Below are positions 30,280 to 42,600 of a DNA stretch of 64,000 nucleotides, piece by piece (the first letter of the stretch is position 1; every line of letters starts with the position of its first letter). The notes under the pieces are model-generated. The model did no database searches and had not been told where the DNA came from. It saw nothing but the letters and a program-made list of their open reading frames with translations. A program made the position numbers and the translations under genes. The stretch is from contig JBNGDF010000005.1 in the NCBI GenBank assembly GCA_049975265.1, positions 2,780 through 66,779 of the forward strand. The letters run 5' to 3'. This stretch comes from Fidelibacterota bacterium. Its GTDB lineage: Bacteria > Fidelibacterota > UBA2242.

Positions 30280-31992
30280 CTATTTTCCCAGTGTGCACCA
30301 GTAACGAAAATCGAGGGTGGGAAAGATTTCGTCATCTTTCTGAATGCGATCGAGATATTCTCTGGCGCCGTCGCTGAGACTGCCATCCGCCAGATATGTA
30401 TCCAGAATCCGCCGCAGATTTTTGATCCGCTCATCGTGAACAGTGACACGGTCTTCCGCATAATCCCGGGCGCTCCAGGTACTGATCAGAAATTGCCAGT
30501 CGGAACTTTCGAGCAGCAGCAGCTGCCGCGCTATAATGTTGAGGATTTCCGCCAGCGTTGCGTCATTGGTGTCTTTATACTGATCCGCCAACGCGATCAT
30601 CCGATCTTCGGCGGCATAAATGTGTTTCCAGGTCCACTGGGTCCATTCATTCAGCCAGATATAGTGAAAACCACCCTGTCCCCAGGAGCCCTCCGGCAGT
30701 GAGACGGAGATTTTCGGCGGGTTATCGCGAAGATGTTCACCGAGCGTCACTTTGCGGACCGAGGTGTCGCCGTTCAGTTTGCGCAGGACCTTTCCCACCC
30801 AGCGCGTTCCTTCGAACCACCAGTGCCCGAACAGCTCTGTATCAAAGGGGGCCGTCAGAATGCCGGTCCGGCCGGTTGCGGCATAATGTTGATGAAGGTA
30901 ATCATGGACCAACCCTGCAAAATGGGAAGCCTGGTTTTCCAGTGCCTCCTCCACATCTTCGGGATAGTATTCCTGCTTGTCGGCGAGGTCTGCTTTGGCA
31001 CTGGTCACCTTCCAGAAGCGGTGTCCGCCGGGATAGTGTTTTTTATGAAAATCCAGATAGCGCCCGTCGCCGGGATAGCCGTATTCGCCGCTCCAGACCT
31101 GCAGTGAAGACTCTTCGTGCCGTCCGTAGACCACCGCTGCCCGGCTTGTTCCGGTGGAGCTGACCAGATAATTTTCGTAAATCGATCGTTCGGTGGTCTC
31201 TTTACGGGGTTTCCAGTTTTTCTCGAATTGACGCCAGAGCTGTTTCAGAGAGTCAAAGCGGTCGATATAAACCCCCTTGCCTTCGCCGCCCATAATCAGG
31301 TGCTTATCAACGATGAAATACTGAATGTCGTATTTGTAGAGAAATTCTTCGATCCCTTTGCGCTGAAATATTTTCGGGTATTCGGGAATCGGTGATGACC
31401 ATTCATAACTGGGGCGATAGGCGCATTCCGGCAGCCACATTCCCCGGGGCGCGCACCCAAAATGGCGCTGGTAAGTCTCCTTTCCAATCCGTATCTGGGC
31501 ATCGATCGCCTCGTCGGAGCCCAGCAGCGGAAAATATCCATGGGTAGCCGCGCAGGTGATGATTTCGATCTGCTCATCTTCCTGAAGTTTGCGGAATCCC
31601 GCCAGCAGATCCTGGTGGTAAACGTCGCTAAAACGTTGTTTGATATCGGTATAGAAATTTAACCAGAACTGTGCCAGCCGCTCGAGATGTTCGTTCCCGA
31701 GTTTGACAAATTCCAGCTGATTATCCCTGGCTGCCTCAATTTTCTGGTCAAGGTAGTGAATCAGACCGGCTTTGAATTTATCCGCCGCCAGCTGCTCCGC
31801 CAGGATAGGAGTAATTCCTAGAGTGACCTTGGGACTGATGCCGTCGGCTGCCAGTGAGTCCAGTTCCTTCAGCAGAGGAATATAGGTTTCTGCAGCGGCT
31901 TCGTAGAGCCAGTCCATGCCGTGGGGCCATTCGCCGTGATTGATCACATAGGGGAGATGGCTATGAAATACAAAAGTAAAGTATCCTTCCAT
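30280..31992 (-). CDS. GH57 1,4-alpha-glucan branching enzyme (DUF1957 type)
   Basis: HSHLPYV, ETYIP, THGYFP, WLPECAY, FDTELFGHWWFEG, SSDWQF. Confidence 0.93.
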   Translation of the reverse strand: MEGYFTFVFHSHLPYVINHGEWPHGMDWLYEAAAETYIPLLKELDSLAADGISPKVTLGITPILAEQLAADKFKAGLIHYLDQKIEAARDNQLEFVKLGNEHLERLAQFWLNFYTDIKQRFSDVYHQDLLAGFRKLQEDEQIEIITCAATHGYFPLLGSDEAIDAQIRIGKETYQRHFGCAPRGMWLPECAYRPSYEWSSPIPEYPKIFQRKGIEEFLYKYDIQYFIVDKHLIMGGEGKGVYIDRFDSLKQLWRQFEKNWKPRKETTERSIYENYLVSSTGTSRAAVVYGRHEESSLQVWSGEYGYPGDGRYLDFHKKHYPGGHRFWKVTSAKADLADKQEYYPEDVEEALENQASHFAGLVHDYLHQHYAATGRTGILTAPFDTELFGHWWFEGTRWVGKVLRKLNGDTSVRKVTLGEHLRDNPPKISVSLPEGSWGQGGFHYIWLNEWTQWTWKHIYAAEDRMIALADQYKDTNDATLAEILNIIARQLLLLESSDWQFLISTWSARDYAEDRVTVHDERIKNLRRILDTYLADGSLSDGAREYLDRIQKDDEIFPTLDFRYWCTLGK

Positions 31993-32218
31993 AATATCCT
32001 CAGGTTTTTATTGTTCCGTTTTCAATGCCCCGTAAAATACAACAGTTTGAATTAAAAATCCGCTACTCTTTTTCGGGCGGGAGAAATGTTGGTTTGGGTT
32101 ATCTCCTGGCAAGGAAAATTGACCTGCGGGTGGAGTAGCCGGTTCCAGTACAGAAAGCCCTGTGCTGTTCACACAAGGCTTGGAGGAGGAGAAGAAGGGA
32201 ACTGTATGTTTTTTGGGT

Positions 32219-32584
32219 TTATTCCAGGTTTCGGGAGGCGATCAGGGGAATTCCCGAACCGGCAATGTTTTCCATCAGAATATCTCCCATTTTGACTGGA
32301 GTCGCTACTTCTATCCGGTTGATTTCATTCATACAAGGAAATATCAGATGTTTGGGAATTGCTTCCCGGGTGCGCACCGGTAAACGTTTATAGTGGGAGT
32401 TAATAACCTTTACTGTGGAGGTTAGTATTCGGCGGGGGTCGGTCATTTCAGCGATCGCATAACTGATGCCCCGTTTGCAGGAATTACCCTCTACCCGAAA
32501 TCCGTTTTCCGATTTTTCATCGCGGTAAACCGTCAGCCTGCAACCAATCGGGCAGGCGGTACAGATAAGCTCTTTAGATTGCAT
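32219..32584 (-). CDS. DUF1667 CxxC protein, small partner of the flavoprotein pair
   Basis: CTACPIGC, GNSCKRG, DPRRILTSTV. Confidence 0.88.
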   Translation of the reverse strand: MQSKELICTACPIGCRLTVYRDEKSENGFRVEGNSCKRGISYAIAEMTDPRRILTSTVKVINSHYKRLPVRTREAIPKHLIFPCMNEINRIEVATPVKMGDILMENIAGSGIPLIASRNLE

Positions 32585-33851
32585 ATGATGTTTTTTCTCC
32601 ATCAATGTGCAGGGAAATTGTTTTCGGTTGAATGGTTTTCATGATATTGGAATTAATCCGTACCCGTTCCATTTCACCAGGGGCAAGGTGGAGTCGTTTG
32701 ACCTCTTTGATTATTTTTCCATCGGCTTGAATCCGGATTCTGGCATTGCGATACACCCTGGTGACCCGCAGCATGATGTCCAGAATTCCGTTCAGATTAT
32801 CAAGGCGGATATACTGAGGGATGACGTAGCTGACGCCCTCTTCCGGTACGACAGGGATAGAGGGGATGTTTTCATTGATTTCTTCAAAAATATAATGTGC
32901 GGCGCCGGCACCGGCTTTCCGGGCTTCTTCAGTGACATAATCAGCCAAGTCGTGCACATGGGTGACATTTCCGCAGGCAAAGAATCCTTCGACGCTGGTT
33001 TCCATACTCTCGTTGACCAGCGGACCACCGGTTCTCGGATCAAGTTTGATATTAGCCTGGAGGGATAATTCATTTTCCGGGATCAGTCCCACGGAAAGCA
33101 AAAGAGTATCGCATTGGTACTCTTTTTCGCTGCCCGGGATCGGTTTTAGGTTCTGATCCACCTTGGAAATAGTGACGCCTGTGACACGGTCTTTACCCCT
33201 GATATTGGTGACAGTATGGTTCAGTAGCAAGGGAATGTCGTAATCGTGGAGACACTGAACGATATTGCGGGTCAAGCCGCTGGAATAGGGCATCAGCTCC
33301 GCAACCGCCATAACTTTGGCGCCCTCCAGTGTAAGGCGCCGTGCCATAATTAAACCTATATCACCGGAACCGAGAATCACAATCCGCCGACCCACCATGT
33401 AACCTTCGATATTGATAAATCGTTGAGCAGTACCGGCAGTAAGGACACCCGCCGGTCGGGTTCCGGGAATCCGAATGGCGCCCCGGGTCCGCTCACGGCA
33501 ACCCATGGCTAAAATGATAGCATTGGCAGAGATGTGGATCAAGCCATCCTGTTTATTGATGGCGGTGATGGTTTTGATTTCTGAAATGTCCATTACCATC
33601 GTATCGGTTTTATATTCAATGTCCATTTCGAGAAGTTCATTGATAAACCGCTGGGCATATTCTGGTCCGGTCAGTTCTTCTTTAAAAATATGTAAGCCGA
33701 AGCCGTTATGGATACACTGCTGCAAAATGCCGCCCAGTTCAAGGTCTCTTTCGAGAACTAAAATATTTTGGACACCCTTTTTCCGGGCTTCGATGGCAGC
33801 TGCCAAACCGGCGGGACCGCCTCCGATGACGACCAACTCGTAATTCAGCAT
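32574..33851 (-). CDS. NAD(P)/FAD-dependent oxidoreductase (pyridine nucleotide-disulfide family)
   Basis: GGGPAG, GGIL.QCIH.GFG, GCRER.RG, GSGDIGLIMARR, CGNV.HVHDL. Confidence 0.9.
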   Translation of the reverse strand: MLNYELVVIGGGPAGLAAAIEARKKGVQNILVLERDLELGGILQQCIHNGFGLHIFKEELTGPEYAQRFINELLEMDIEYKTDTMVMDISEIKTITAINKQDGLIHISANAIILAMGCRERTRGAIRIPGTRPAGVLTAGTAQRFINIEGYMVGRRIVILGSGDIGLIMARRLTLEGAKVMAVAELMPYSSGLTRNIVQCLHDYDIPLLLNHTVTNIRGKDRVTGVTISKVDQNLKPIPGSEKEYQCDTLLLSVGLIPENELSLQANIKLDPRTGGPLVNESMETSVEGFFACGNVTHVHDLADYVTEEARKAGAGAAHYIFEEINENIPSIPVVPEEGVSYVIPQYIRLDNLNGILDIMLRVTRVYRNARIRIQADGKIIKEVKRLHLAPGEMERVRINSNIMKTIQPKTISLHIDGEKTSYAI

Positions 33852-35338
33852 TCTACTTCCTTCAATTGTTGGGCAGCGAGAACGGGTTTGGTTTCATTCA
33901 TATCCGCAGATTTGGTTTTACCAGTGAGAATGGGTGAATTCAAATTGTCTTTTAGAATGCTGCCCATCTCCTGATGCAGTTCACGCGCCAGTATCTCAAT
34001 CACACGGGGCATACAGAAACCACCCTGACAGCGTCCTGTGCCGGGTCGGACTCGGCGTTTGACACCGTCAACTGTTGTGGCGCCGGCATTTCGGTGAATG
34101 GCATCTACAATTTCGCCTTCGGTAATATTTTCGCAGCGGCAAATGATTCTGGCAAACCGCGGCTCTCTTTTGATCAAACTGGCTTTTTGATGATCGCTCA
34201 ATTCGGCGAAGTGAATGATTTCGCGACGGGTGTCGCGAAAATCACGCTTTGGTTTCAGCGCCGGCAGTATTGAATCGACAATGCCGACCACCTTTTCAGC
34301 AATTGCCGGCGCTGCCGTAAGTCCCGGTGATTTGATGCCGGCAACATTTATAAAACCCTTAACTGCCGGTGATTCTGCGATGATGAAGTCGCCGGTGTCG
34401 GGTTCGGCACGCAGTCCGGCGAAAATATTGATGGTCTGATGCAGTGGAATATTAATAAAACTTTGCCGAGCGGTCTGTTGGACAAATTCCAGCCCCTGTG
34501 AGGTCGTCTCGACGGCGTCATCGCGGGAAATCCGTTCGGAGTTTGGTCCAATCAGAACGTTGCCATGAACTGTGGGGGTAACCAGAACCCCTTTCCCGAG
34601 ATCACTGGGTGGTTGAAAAACCACATGGCGCACCATTTTGCCGGCGGTTTTGTCCAGTACATAGTATTCCCCACGGCGGGGCATGATTGTAAATTCCGGT
34701 GGCGCGATCAAATTGTTAATTTTATCGGCTTGCACACCGGCACAATTAATGATGACCCTGGAGCGGAATTGAACAGAGCCGGTTGAAATATTGAAAATTC
34801 CATCTGCTTTGGAGATGGAGACAACCGGGCTGTTTAAATAGAGTTCCGCGCCATTATCGATTGCATTTTCTGCCAGAGCAATCGCCAGCTCCCATGGTCC
34901 TACGATTCCGGCGGTTTTGGCATACAGCGCACCGATAGCAGCGGGATTTATTTCCGGTTCGAGATTGCGGAGCTGGTCGCGGTCGATGATTTCCATCTGG
35001 CGGATTTTATTCCGGATGCCCCGTTCATAAAGCTGCTGAAGGGTTTTAAGATCGGTGTCGTTAAACGCCAGCACCAGCGAACCAATTCGTTTGAAGGGTA
35101 CTTGGAGACGTCTGCAAAGGGAATCGAACATGGGATTTCCCTTTGAATTTAGTTCAGCCATCAGGGTACCCGGTTTCGGATCGTAGCCGGCGTGGATAAT
35201 GGCACTGTTGGCTTTTGTGGTGCCGTTTGAGACGTCGTTTTCTTTATCGATCAGAGCGATTTTCAATTGATAGCGGGTTAATTCACGGGCGATAGAGGTA
35301 CCGCAGATTCCGGCTCCGATAATCAGAACGTCATACAT
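33845..35338 (-). CDS. FAD-dependent oxidoreductase with BFD-like [2Fe-2S] domain (GlpA-like glycerol-3-phosphate dehydrogenase/LhgO family)
   Basis: GAGICG, TTKANSAIIHAG, GI.SPGLTAAPA, CRCE, GRCQGGFC. Confidence 0.88.
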   Translation of the reverse strand: MYDVLIIGAGICGTSIARELTRYQLKIALIDKENDVSNGTTKANSAIIHAGYDPKPGTLMAELNSKGNPMFDSLCRRLQVPFKRIGSLVLAFNDTDLKTLQQLYERGIRNKIRQMEIIDRDQLRNLEPEINPAAIGALYAKTAGIVGPWELAIALAENAIDNGAELYLNSPVVSISKADGIFNISTGSVQFRSRVIINCAGVQADKINNLIAPPEFTIMPRRGEYYVLDKTAGKMVRHVVFQPPSDLGKGVLVTPTVHGNVLIGPNSERISRDDAVETTSQGLEFVQQTARQSFINIPLHQTINIFAGLRAEPDTGDFIIAESPAVKGFINVAGIKSPGLTAAPAIAEKVVGIVDSILPALKPKRDFRDTRREIIHFAELSDHQKASLIKREPRFARIICRCENITEGEIVDAIHRNAGATTVDGVKRRVRPGTGRCQGGFCMPRVIEILARELHQEMGSILKDNLNSPILTGKTKSADMNETKPVLAAQQLKEVEC

Positions 35339-35362
35339 GCCGCCGAGTCCTTCATGTTGTTA

Positions 35363-35392
35363 AAGAATAAATATACATTAATATTAATTCAT
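35363..35392. promoter_or_regulatory. Tandem SorC-type operator upstream of the dehydrogenase operon
   Basis: AAGAATAAATATACAT (35363) and ATTAATATTAATTCAT (35377); minus-strand TTGACT at 35425-35420. Confidence 0.6.
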
Positions 35393-35539
35393 TGATAATT
35401 TCAACTATCTGTCGCCAAAAGTCAATAAAAAATTTTAAGACTATCGGTTATCCGTTAATTATATCCCCAAAATTCAGCGATTCTATAAAGATCGGCATTT
35501 ACTTTTTAAAGGCGGATTAATTGATAGGTAGAACAGATA

Positions 35540-36490
35540 TTAAGTTAGATGAAGCAGCTCGTCAGCCCCCTGATCATCAATAACCAGAGAGTTGATGATT
35601 CCTGCTCTCGCCGCAGCGGCAACGACTTGAGCCCGATCCCGTCCGCCGGTTACGGCAACCACTTCCGGAATCCTTTTTAACTGTTCCAAGCTGATGCCGA
35701 TAATCCGGTTTGTATAAGTGGTTTCACATTCATTGCCATCTTGGTCCAGAAAATGACCACAGATTTCACCCACCATGCCCCGGGATTTAAGGTTATTTAA
35801 TTTGTGTTTTTCAGAAAATTCATTTGTGTAGAAGACCGAATTTACCGGATTACCAATTCCTACGAAAGCCAGGTTGGCATGATCCATCTGGTTTAGGACA
35901 TATTTAATCTGCTCGTGTTCTACAAAAATTTGGTAGCTGCGGTGGTCGGGAGTGATTGCGGGGGCTTGCAGACGATAATATTGTCCGCCCCAGCGTTTCG
36001 CCAGGCGCCGGGTAAGTTCGATAGCATCATTTTCCTGAATCTGGGTAGAAATATCACCGATGGCTTGAATAAAGATATTGCTGTAAGTCGCTTGGGTCGG
36101 TTTCATCTCCTCCGTCACAGCATTCAGATAACGTCCCGCGGCGACACAGACAACTGAACCGGATTTGATTAGTTTGCTGAGAACAGGAGCCGCAAAATGC
36201 CCCATCGTGTAGCGATACTGTTCGCTGGTCTGACCGGGGATTGTTTTGATGACGACGCAGTGATGAAAATGGAATTCTTCCATCAATTTCTTTTCAAGCA
36301 CCTGATCACGGGGCGAAAAAGGCTTAACCTGGATTTGGACTATTCCCTTTTTACGGGCTTCCTGGAGCAGACGGGACACATTAGCCTGGGATAGTCCGGC
36401 TAGTTTAGCTACTTTAGCCTGCCCCAGACCTTCGATGTAGTAAAGCGAGGCAACAAGCAGTAAAATTTCATCTTTTGCTTTTGGTTTAAT
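35540..36490 (-). CDS. SorC/DeoR-family sugar-phosphate-binding regulator, predicted ATT start
   Basis: In-frame HTH LYYIEGLGQAKVAKLAGLSQANVSRLL.EAR..GIV lies upstream of the tracked GTG; VGIG and GEICGHF sugar-binding domain. Confidence 0.9.
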   Translation of the reverse strand: MKPKAKDEILLLVASLYYIEGLGQAKVAKLAGLSQANVSRLLQEARKKGIVQIQVKPFSPRDQVLEKKLMEEFHFHHCVVIKTIPGQTSEQYRYTMGHFAAPVLSKLIKSGSVVCVAAGRYLNAVTEEMKPTQATYSNIFIQAIGDISTQIQENDAIELTRRLAKRWGGQYYRLQAPAITPDHRSYQIFVEHEQIKYVLNQMDHANLAFVGIGNPVNSVFYTNEFSEKHKLNNLKSRGMVGEICGHFLDQDGNECETTYTNRIIGISLEQLKRIPEVVAVTGGRDRAQVVAAAARAGIINSLVIDDQGADELLHLT

Positions 36491-36726
36491 GTCTGGCTCC
36501 CTGCGAAGTTTTAAAAATCATCCTGACCGTAAATTGATTGAACATTTCAAATTCTCCCAGATAATAAAGAAAAAACATCAATTATTCAATCATATTTATT
36601 CATTAAAAAAAATTTATATAAAATGAACTCTGTTCTGACAATGAGTGTTTTTACCAATATTGCTATACTTAATGATTTTCCCCTTATAAAATTGAAGTTG
36701 TCTGGTTGTTTTTAACAAAAAAAGTG

Positions 36727-36789
36727 TTGACATTCCCTGAAAAATGCTTAAAATTAACTTGGCATTTTTATTAATGGATATTTATTCAA
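36727..36789 (+). promoter_or_regulatory. Promoter and operator for the TonB receptor operon
   Basis: TTGACA 36727, TAAAAT 36749; palindrome ATGGATATTTATTCAA 36774-36789. Confidence 0.65.
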
Positions 36790-36907
36790 TTTAATTATAA
36801 AGCATGGTTTTTTTTTAAACATAGGTCGAAACAGGCGGTTAAGAAACAGAAAAATGCTCAGCCGCGCCCAGACTGGGATTAGGGCAAGCCTGTGTGGAGT
36901 GATAGTT

Positions 36908-39625
36908 ATGAATAAATTTGGTGTGGTTGTAATAGTTGGACTGGTCTTATTGATTTGTATTAGTGCTTTGGCTGCACGACCGGAAAAATCATGGGGAAGA
37001 TTGTTGATAAAAACACCGGTGATCCGATTGTCGGCGCTAATATCTATATTGAAGGTACCAGTATGGGGACGGCATCGGATATCAATGGCGATTACTTTAT
37101 TATCAACATTCCACCCGGAACCTACACACTGATCTGTTCTTATGTTGGATATGAACGCATCTCCGTAGTAAATATTGAGGTCAACGTTGACCGGACTACA
37201 ATTCAAAATTTTTCTATCGCTCCCCAAGCAATTGAGGGTGAGGAAGTAACGGTTATTGGGACCCGCAAGATTATTGAAATGGACCGCACAAATACAGCGG
37301 CTTATGTAACATCAGAAGAAATTCAGACCATGCCGGTGCAGGAGCTGGGCGACCTTATTCAGCTGCAAACGGGTGTGGTGAAGGATGCCGGTGGTACTTT
37401 TCATATTCGTGGTGGTCGCGGTGGTGAAATCGCCTATCTGATTGACGGAGTTCCGGTGACGGATCAATATAACGGCGGAAGTTCCATTGCGATGGAAAAC
37501 AGCTGGGTTCAGGAGCTGCAGGTCATCAGCGGTACGTTTAACGCCGAGTTACGGTCAGGCTCAATCGGGTGTCGTCAATATGATTACCAAGGAGGGTGCG
37601 AAAAAATTTGGCGGAAATGCCTCGCTCTCAATTGGCGATTATCTTTCAAGCCATTCAGATATTTTTATGAATATCGGGGAGATAAATATAAATGAGAAGG
37701 ACCTCAATCTGAACTTCAGAGGACCGATCTCCCTTATTCGGAATTTGTCTTTTTACACATCCCTGCGCTATTATCAGACCGATGGCTGGTTATACGGACA
37801 GCGTCGGGTGCTTATCGATGATACCGTGCCGATCCAGCATTATGTCTATCAGGCTCAACGAAATCCCACTCAGGAGGAGTCACTTTATGGGTATAACATT
37901 CCGGACTCGCTGATGAATGGAGACGGCGCCTATATTCCCATGAATGGCAGAGAAAAAATTTCCGGTTACGGGAAGCTTTCGTACATGCTTACGCCGAAAA
38001 TTAAGATCAACTATTCGCTATTTTACAATAAGACGGAATCCAGGTCCTACAGTGATTCCCGGCGCTACTCTCCTGACGGTGTACGTCCGTCTCATGACCG
38101 CAATTATAATCACATTCTCAGTCTGAATCACATCCTCTCAAATAAGACCTTTTATAATCTCAACCTATCCCATTATGCCAAAAACACCTGGTCTTACCTT
38201 TTTGAAAATCCTCTGGATCCGCGTTACCAAGGCATTGCCTTTAGTGACCAGGGATTCATCTTTGGCGGCACTCAGAACGACCGGTATGATATTTTACGCT
38301 CGGCGACATCAGTTAAATTTGATCTGACCAGTCAGATCAACAAGTTCAATCAGGTTAAAATGGGGCTCGAGTATAAGCAACACAAACTTGATTACAACTC
38401 TTCCAAAACGGTAGCATACGGTGTCAACTACCAGCCGCCCGATTCTCTGGCGGTGCCTGCGAGAAATACGGCAAATAATAATCATTATCTGGTAAAGCCC
38501 TTAGAAGCATCAATATATATTCAGGACAAAATTGAATTCAGAGAGGTGATCATCAATGTCGGTTTACGTTACGATTACTGGGACCCGGTAGCTCAGATCC
38601 CCGTGGATTTACGCGCCAGAACAAATATCTATGATGGTATTCGACTGGATTCGGAACTCAGGAAAGCCAAAAAACAGATGCAACTGAGTCCCCGATTGTG
38701 TTTAGCATATCCTATTTCCGACCGGGGAGTATTTCACGTTTCCTACGGTCACTTTTTCCAGCTGCCGCGTTTCAATGCAATTTACAATAATTACGAATAT
38801 GAGATTGAACTGGGCGGGCTGCGTACAACAATGGGCAACGTGAATTTGAAACCGGAACAGACAGTAGCTTACGAGTTGGGACTTCAACAGCAACTTGCGG
38901 CGGACTACAGTATTGACATTACCGTTTATTATAAGGACATCCGTAATTTACTGAGTCAGGAAATCATCAGTACCTATGATGACAAGGTCTATGCCCGCTA
39001 TATTAATCGTGATTACGGCAATGTAAAGGGTATCATCTTTTCGGTGAACAAAGCCTATTCGAATTATTTTTCCGGTGGGATTGATTACACCTATCAGGTG
39101 GCGATGGGGAATGCGTCTGATCCGAATGCTGTCTTTACAAGATATCAGACCGATCCACCGGCGGAGGACGAAAAGCAGGTGGTCCCTCTGGACTGGGATC
39201 AGCGGCATACCTTGAATGCGTCGGCGATTGTTGGGAATCCGTCCAACTGGACCTTTGCGGTAATCGGGCGGTTTGCCACAGGAATGCCTTACACGCCGAC
39301 CAACCCCGGTAGTCAGTTGACGACCCAGTTTGAAAACAGTGCCCGCAGACCGGCGACGTATAACATTGACCTGAATATCTATAAATCGGTGAAATTGCAG
39401 CGCTATAAGCTGAATCTCTTTTGCAAGATATTCAATTTGACCGACCGTTTAAATGAGATCAGAATCTATTCCAGTACCGGCAATGCCCGTCATCCCTACA
39501 GGACCATTCCCAATATGGAGGTGCTGCAAAACAATCCGAATTTCACGGTGGATGAGGTGGATTTGAATCCTACCTACTATTCCAGTCCCCGACGGGTTTT
39601 ATTCGGTATAAGTGTCGATTTCTAA
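36908..39625 (+). pseudogene. TonB-dependent receptor interrupted by two frameshifts (or sequencing errors)
   Basis: Signal peptide from 36908; 1 nt missing at ~36974 (expected GTTGKI.GK); 1 extra T at ~37549 (expected FNAEYGQAQSG); plug HIRGGR..E..YLIDG; C-terminal PRR...G...F; 905 aa if restored. Confidence 0.85.
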
Positions 39626-39640
39626 AAGAGGAAAATATTC

Positions 39641-42600
39641 ATGTGCAAATCAATAATAATACGATGCCTTGTTCCTGTTACCCTTCTGTTTCTGACCAAG
39701 CAGGGGTTGTTCGCCGGAGCTGATGAGCGTACCACCGGGGTTCATGATGGTAACCTTGTAATTACCCGCTATTCGAATTATGGCAACCTGGGGCACCGCG
39801 ATTCCAGTCCGCGGATGGAATGGCCGAAGGGGACCGGTTTTGTCTACGGGTTTGAATTTATTATGATGGCGGGTGCTGAAGTGCTGGACGTTAACGGCGA
39901 TACAGTCCATATCGTATCGGAATCCTATTCACATCCAACCAGCGGGGATATTTCGGCAGACGGAACGCACTGGTACAGCTGGCAACCGTTGCCGGGTTAT
40001 TACAATATGGGACCCGAAAACAAGCTGTTATATCCGGCGATGAGTCATAAACCAGAGACCTGGCCGGCAAGCTGGCCTCACGACTACCCCGGCGAACCCG
40101 GAACCCGTGACGGTTTGTGGAACGGTGAGTTTGGTGCTTATACGCGCGCTGATCAGGAAAGTTACTATGTCATGGACGATCGTGACAATGACGAGTACGA
40201 ATATTATCCCTTTATCGGAAGTTCTGTTGATTCATCGGGCTATCCCTACGGGAGGCGTGGTCTTGGATTTGAGGTGAAAATGCGCGGCTATCAGTGGGCG
40301 GCAGTAGAGGCGGAAGACATTCTGATTGTGTGTTACGATATTGCCAATGTCAGTCATAAAAACCTCGAGACAGTTGTATTCGGTATGTACGTGGATGCCA
40401 TGGTGGGTGGTACCAATGACAATCCCGATCATGCAACATTTGACGATTTGGATGATATTACCTATTGCTGGGATCATGATGGTGTGGACAATCGGGGTCG
40501 CCCGGGGCTCGGTTTTTTCGGATTTGCTTTTTTGGAAAGTCCCGGTGATCCGCTAAATGGAGTAGATGATGATCAGGATGGGTTAATCGATGAACGTCAG
40601 GATAATCCTCGCGGCAACTATATTTTTGGTTCAATCGGCAATTTTGGAGAGCCCTGTTGGCACTGGGAAGGCGATGAAGATGGGGATTGGCGCCCTTATT
40701 TGGATGAGAACGGAAATGGACAGTGGGACCACGGTGAATTCATCGGTGATGATGTCGGTTCGGATGGGATCGGACCATATGACCAGGACTATCCGGGACC
40801 AGATCCTGATGGAACCGAAGCCAACGGAATGCCCGATGACGGCGAACCGAATTATAATAAGACCGACAACGATGAATCGGATCAGATCGGCTTGACCAGT
40901 TCAGTATTGTGTGAAGCCCAGAGTATGGCACCCGACGAGCGCACCTGGAACCATATGAAGCCTGGCCTGTTTGCCTGGGTTCAACCTTCTAATCTCGCGT
41001 TTGTTTACGGCTCGGGCTATTTTAAGGTTATGCAAGCAGAAACCCGCAAATTTGCCATTGCCTGTCTGTTTGGAATTGATGAAGATGATATATACCGTAA
41101 TAAAAGAACTATGCAGCGGATTTACGATGCCGATTATAGCTTTACTAAACCGCCGCTGAAGCCGCGTTTGACGGCTATAGCCGGTGATGGTAAAGTGATT
41201 CTCAGTTGGGATAAACGCGCTGAATTGTCCATTGATCCAATCTATAAAGAGGATTTTGAAGGATACTTAGTCTATCGCTCTACAGATCCCTCATTTAATG
41301 ATATTAAGACGGTCACCGATGCCTACGGTGCGCCGATTTACTGGAAACCGATTGCCCAGTACGATCTGGTTGACGGTCTGAAGGGTCCGCATCCAATCGC
41401 AATTGAAGGGACCGGTGCGCAATTTTACATGGGTAAGGACACCGGTCTGAAATACTACTACGTCGATGAAGATGTCCAAAACGGGCGTACCTACTACTAT
41501 GCAGTCTGTTCGTATGACAAGGGATATGACACGGACTTTTATGAAAAGGGGTTCTCCCGCTATGATCTCCTGGCTCCGGTAGCGCCTTCGGAGTGTTCAA
41601 AAATTATTCAGACCGACCTCGTGGGCAATGTCACCAGTGTTGACCGTAACTGTGCCGTCGTCGTGCCCAATGCCCCCAGCGCCGGGTATGTGCCCGGTCA
41701 GGTGGAGGAAATTGAGCATATCGGCATTGCTACCGGCGAGTATGCCGTCAATGTTATCGTGCCCGATAGCGTTAAAGATGGTCATACTTATGAAATCACT
41801 TTTCTGGATGATTCGACGGACTGGCGCAATACAAAGAGTGTTAAAGTTGAAAATGTAACGGCGGGAAAGATTTTATACCAGAATGATTATAATGAATTCG
41901 AGATCAGTAACGAACTTTTTGAGGGGCTCCAGTTCGAATTTGACAACGATTCAACCTATATCAAAGAGTATGGCTGGCGGGTGGGTAATTGCAATCTGCC
42001 CGTAGAAGTGGACACGGCGTGGGGTGTCAAAATTATCCGGGTTCCGGAAGATCTGGAAATAAGGGTACTTGGTCCCAATGCCGACACCACCTACAATCCC
42101 CTTGCATGGGAGCGGTATCCGGTCAATTTTCAGGTGTGGAGTACGACCCGCAATGAACAGATGGATTTCATGTTCAGTGAACCGATTAATAAAGACAGTA
42201 TGCTGAACGCCGGTGATAAGGTCTATCCGGTGATTAATGCCAAAGGATTTAATTACAACGATATATGGGAAATTTACTTTCGCCACGACACCACCCAAAA
42301 GGATGTGATTTTACCGCAGCCGGGTGACATTTTTGAAATTAAGGTCTATAAACCCTTTAACTCCGATGATACGCTCCGTTTTACAACAGCAGGTTCCTTC
42401 GTCAGCAAAACAGAAGCGAAGAGCAGTCTGGACGATGTATATGTCGTTCCCGATCCCTATGTGGTGACAGCCAGCTGGGAAAAACCACTGTTTTATGCCA
42501 GCGGTCGGGGTGAACGCCGGGTCGATTTTGTCAATCTGCCGCAGAAGTGTACGATTCGGATTTTTACCATGAGTGGAAAGCGGGTGCGGACCCTGCACCA

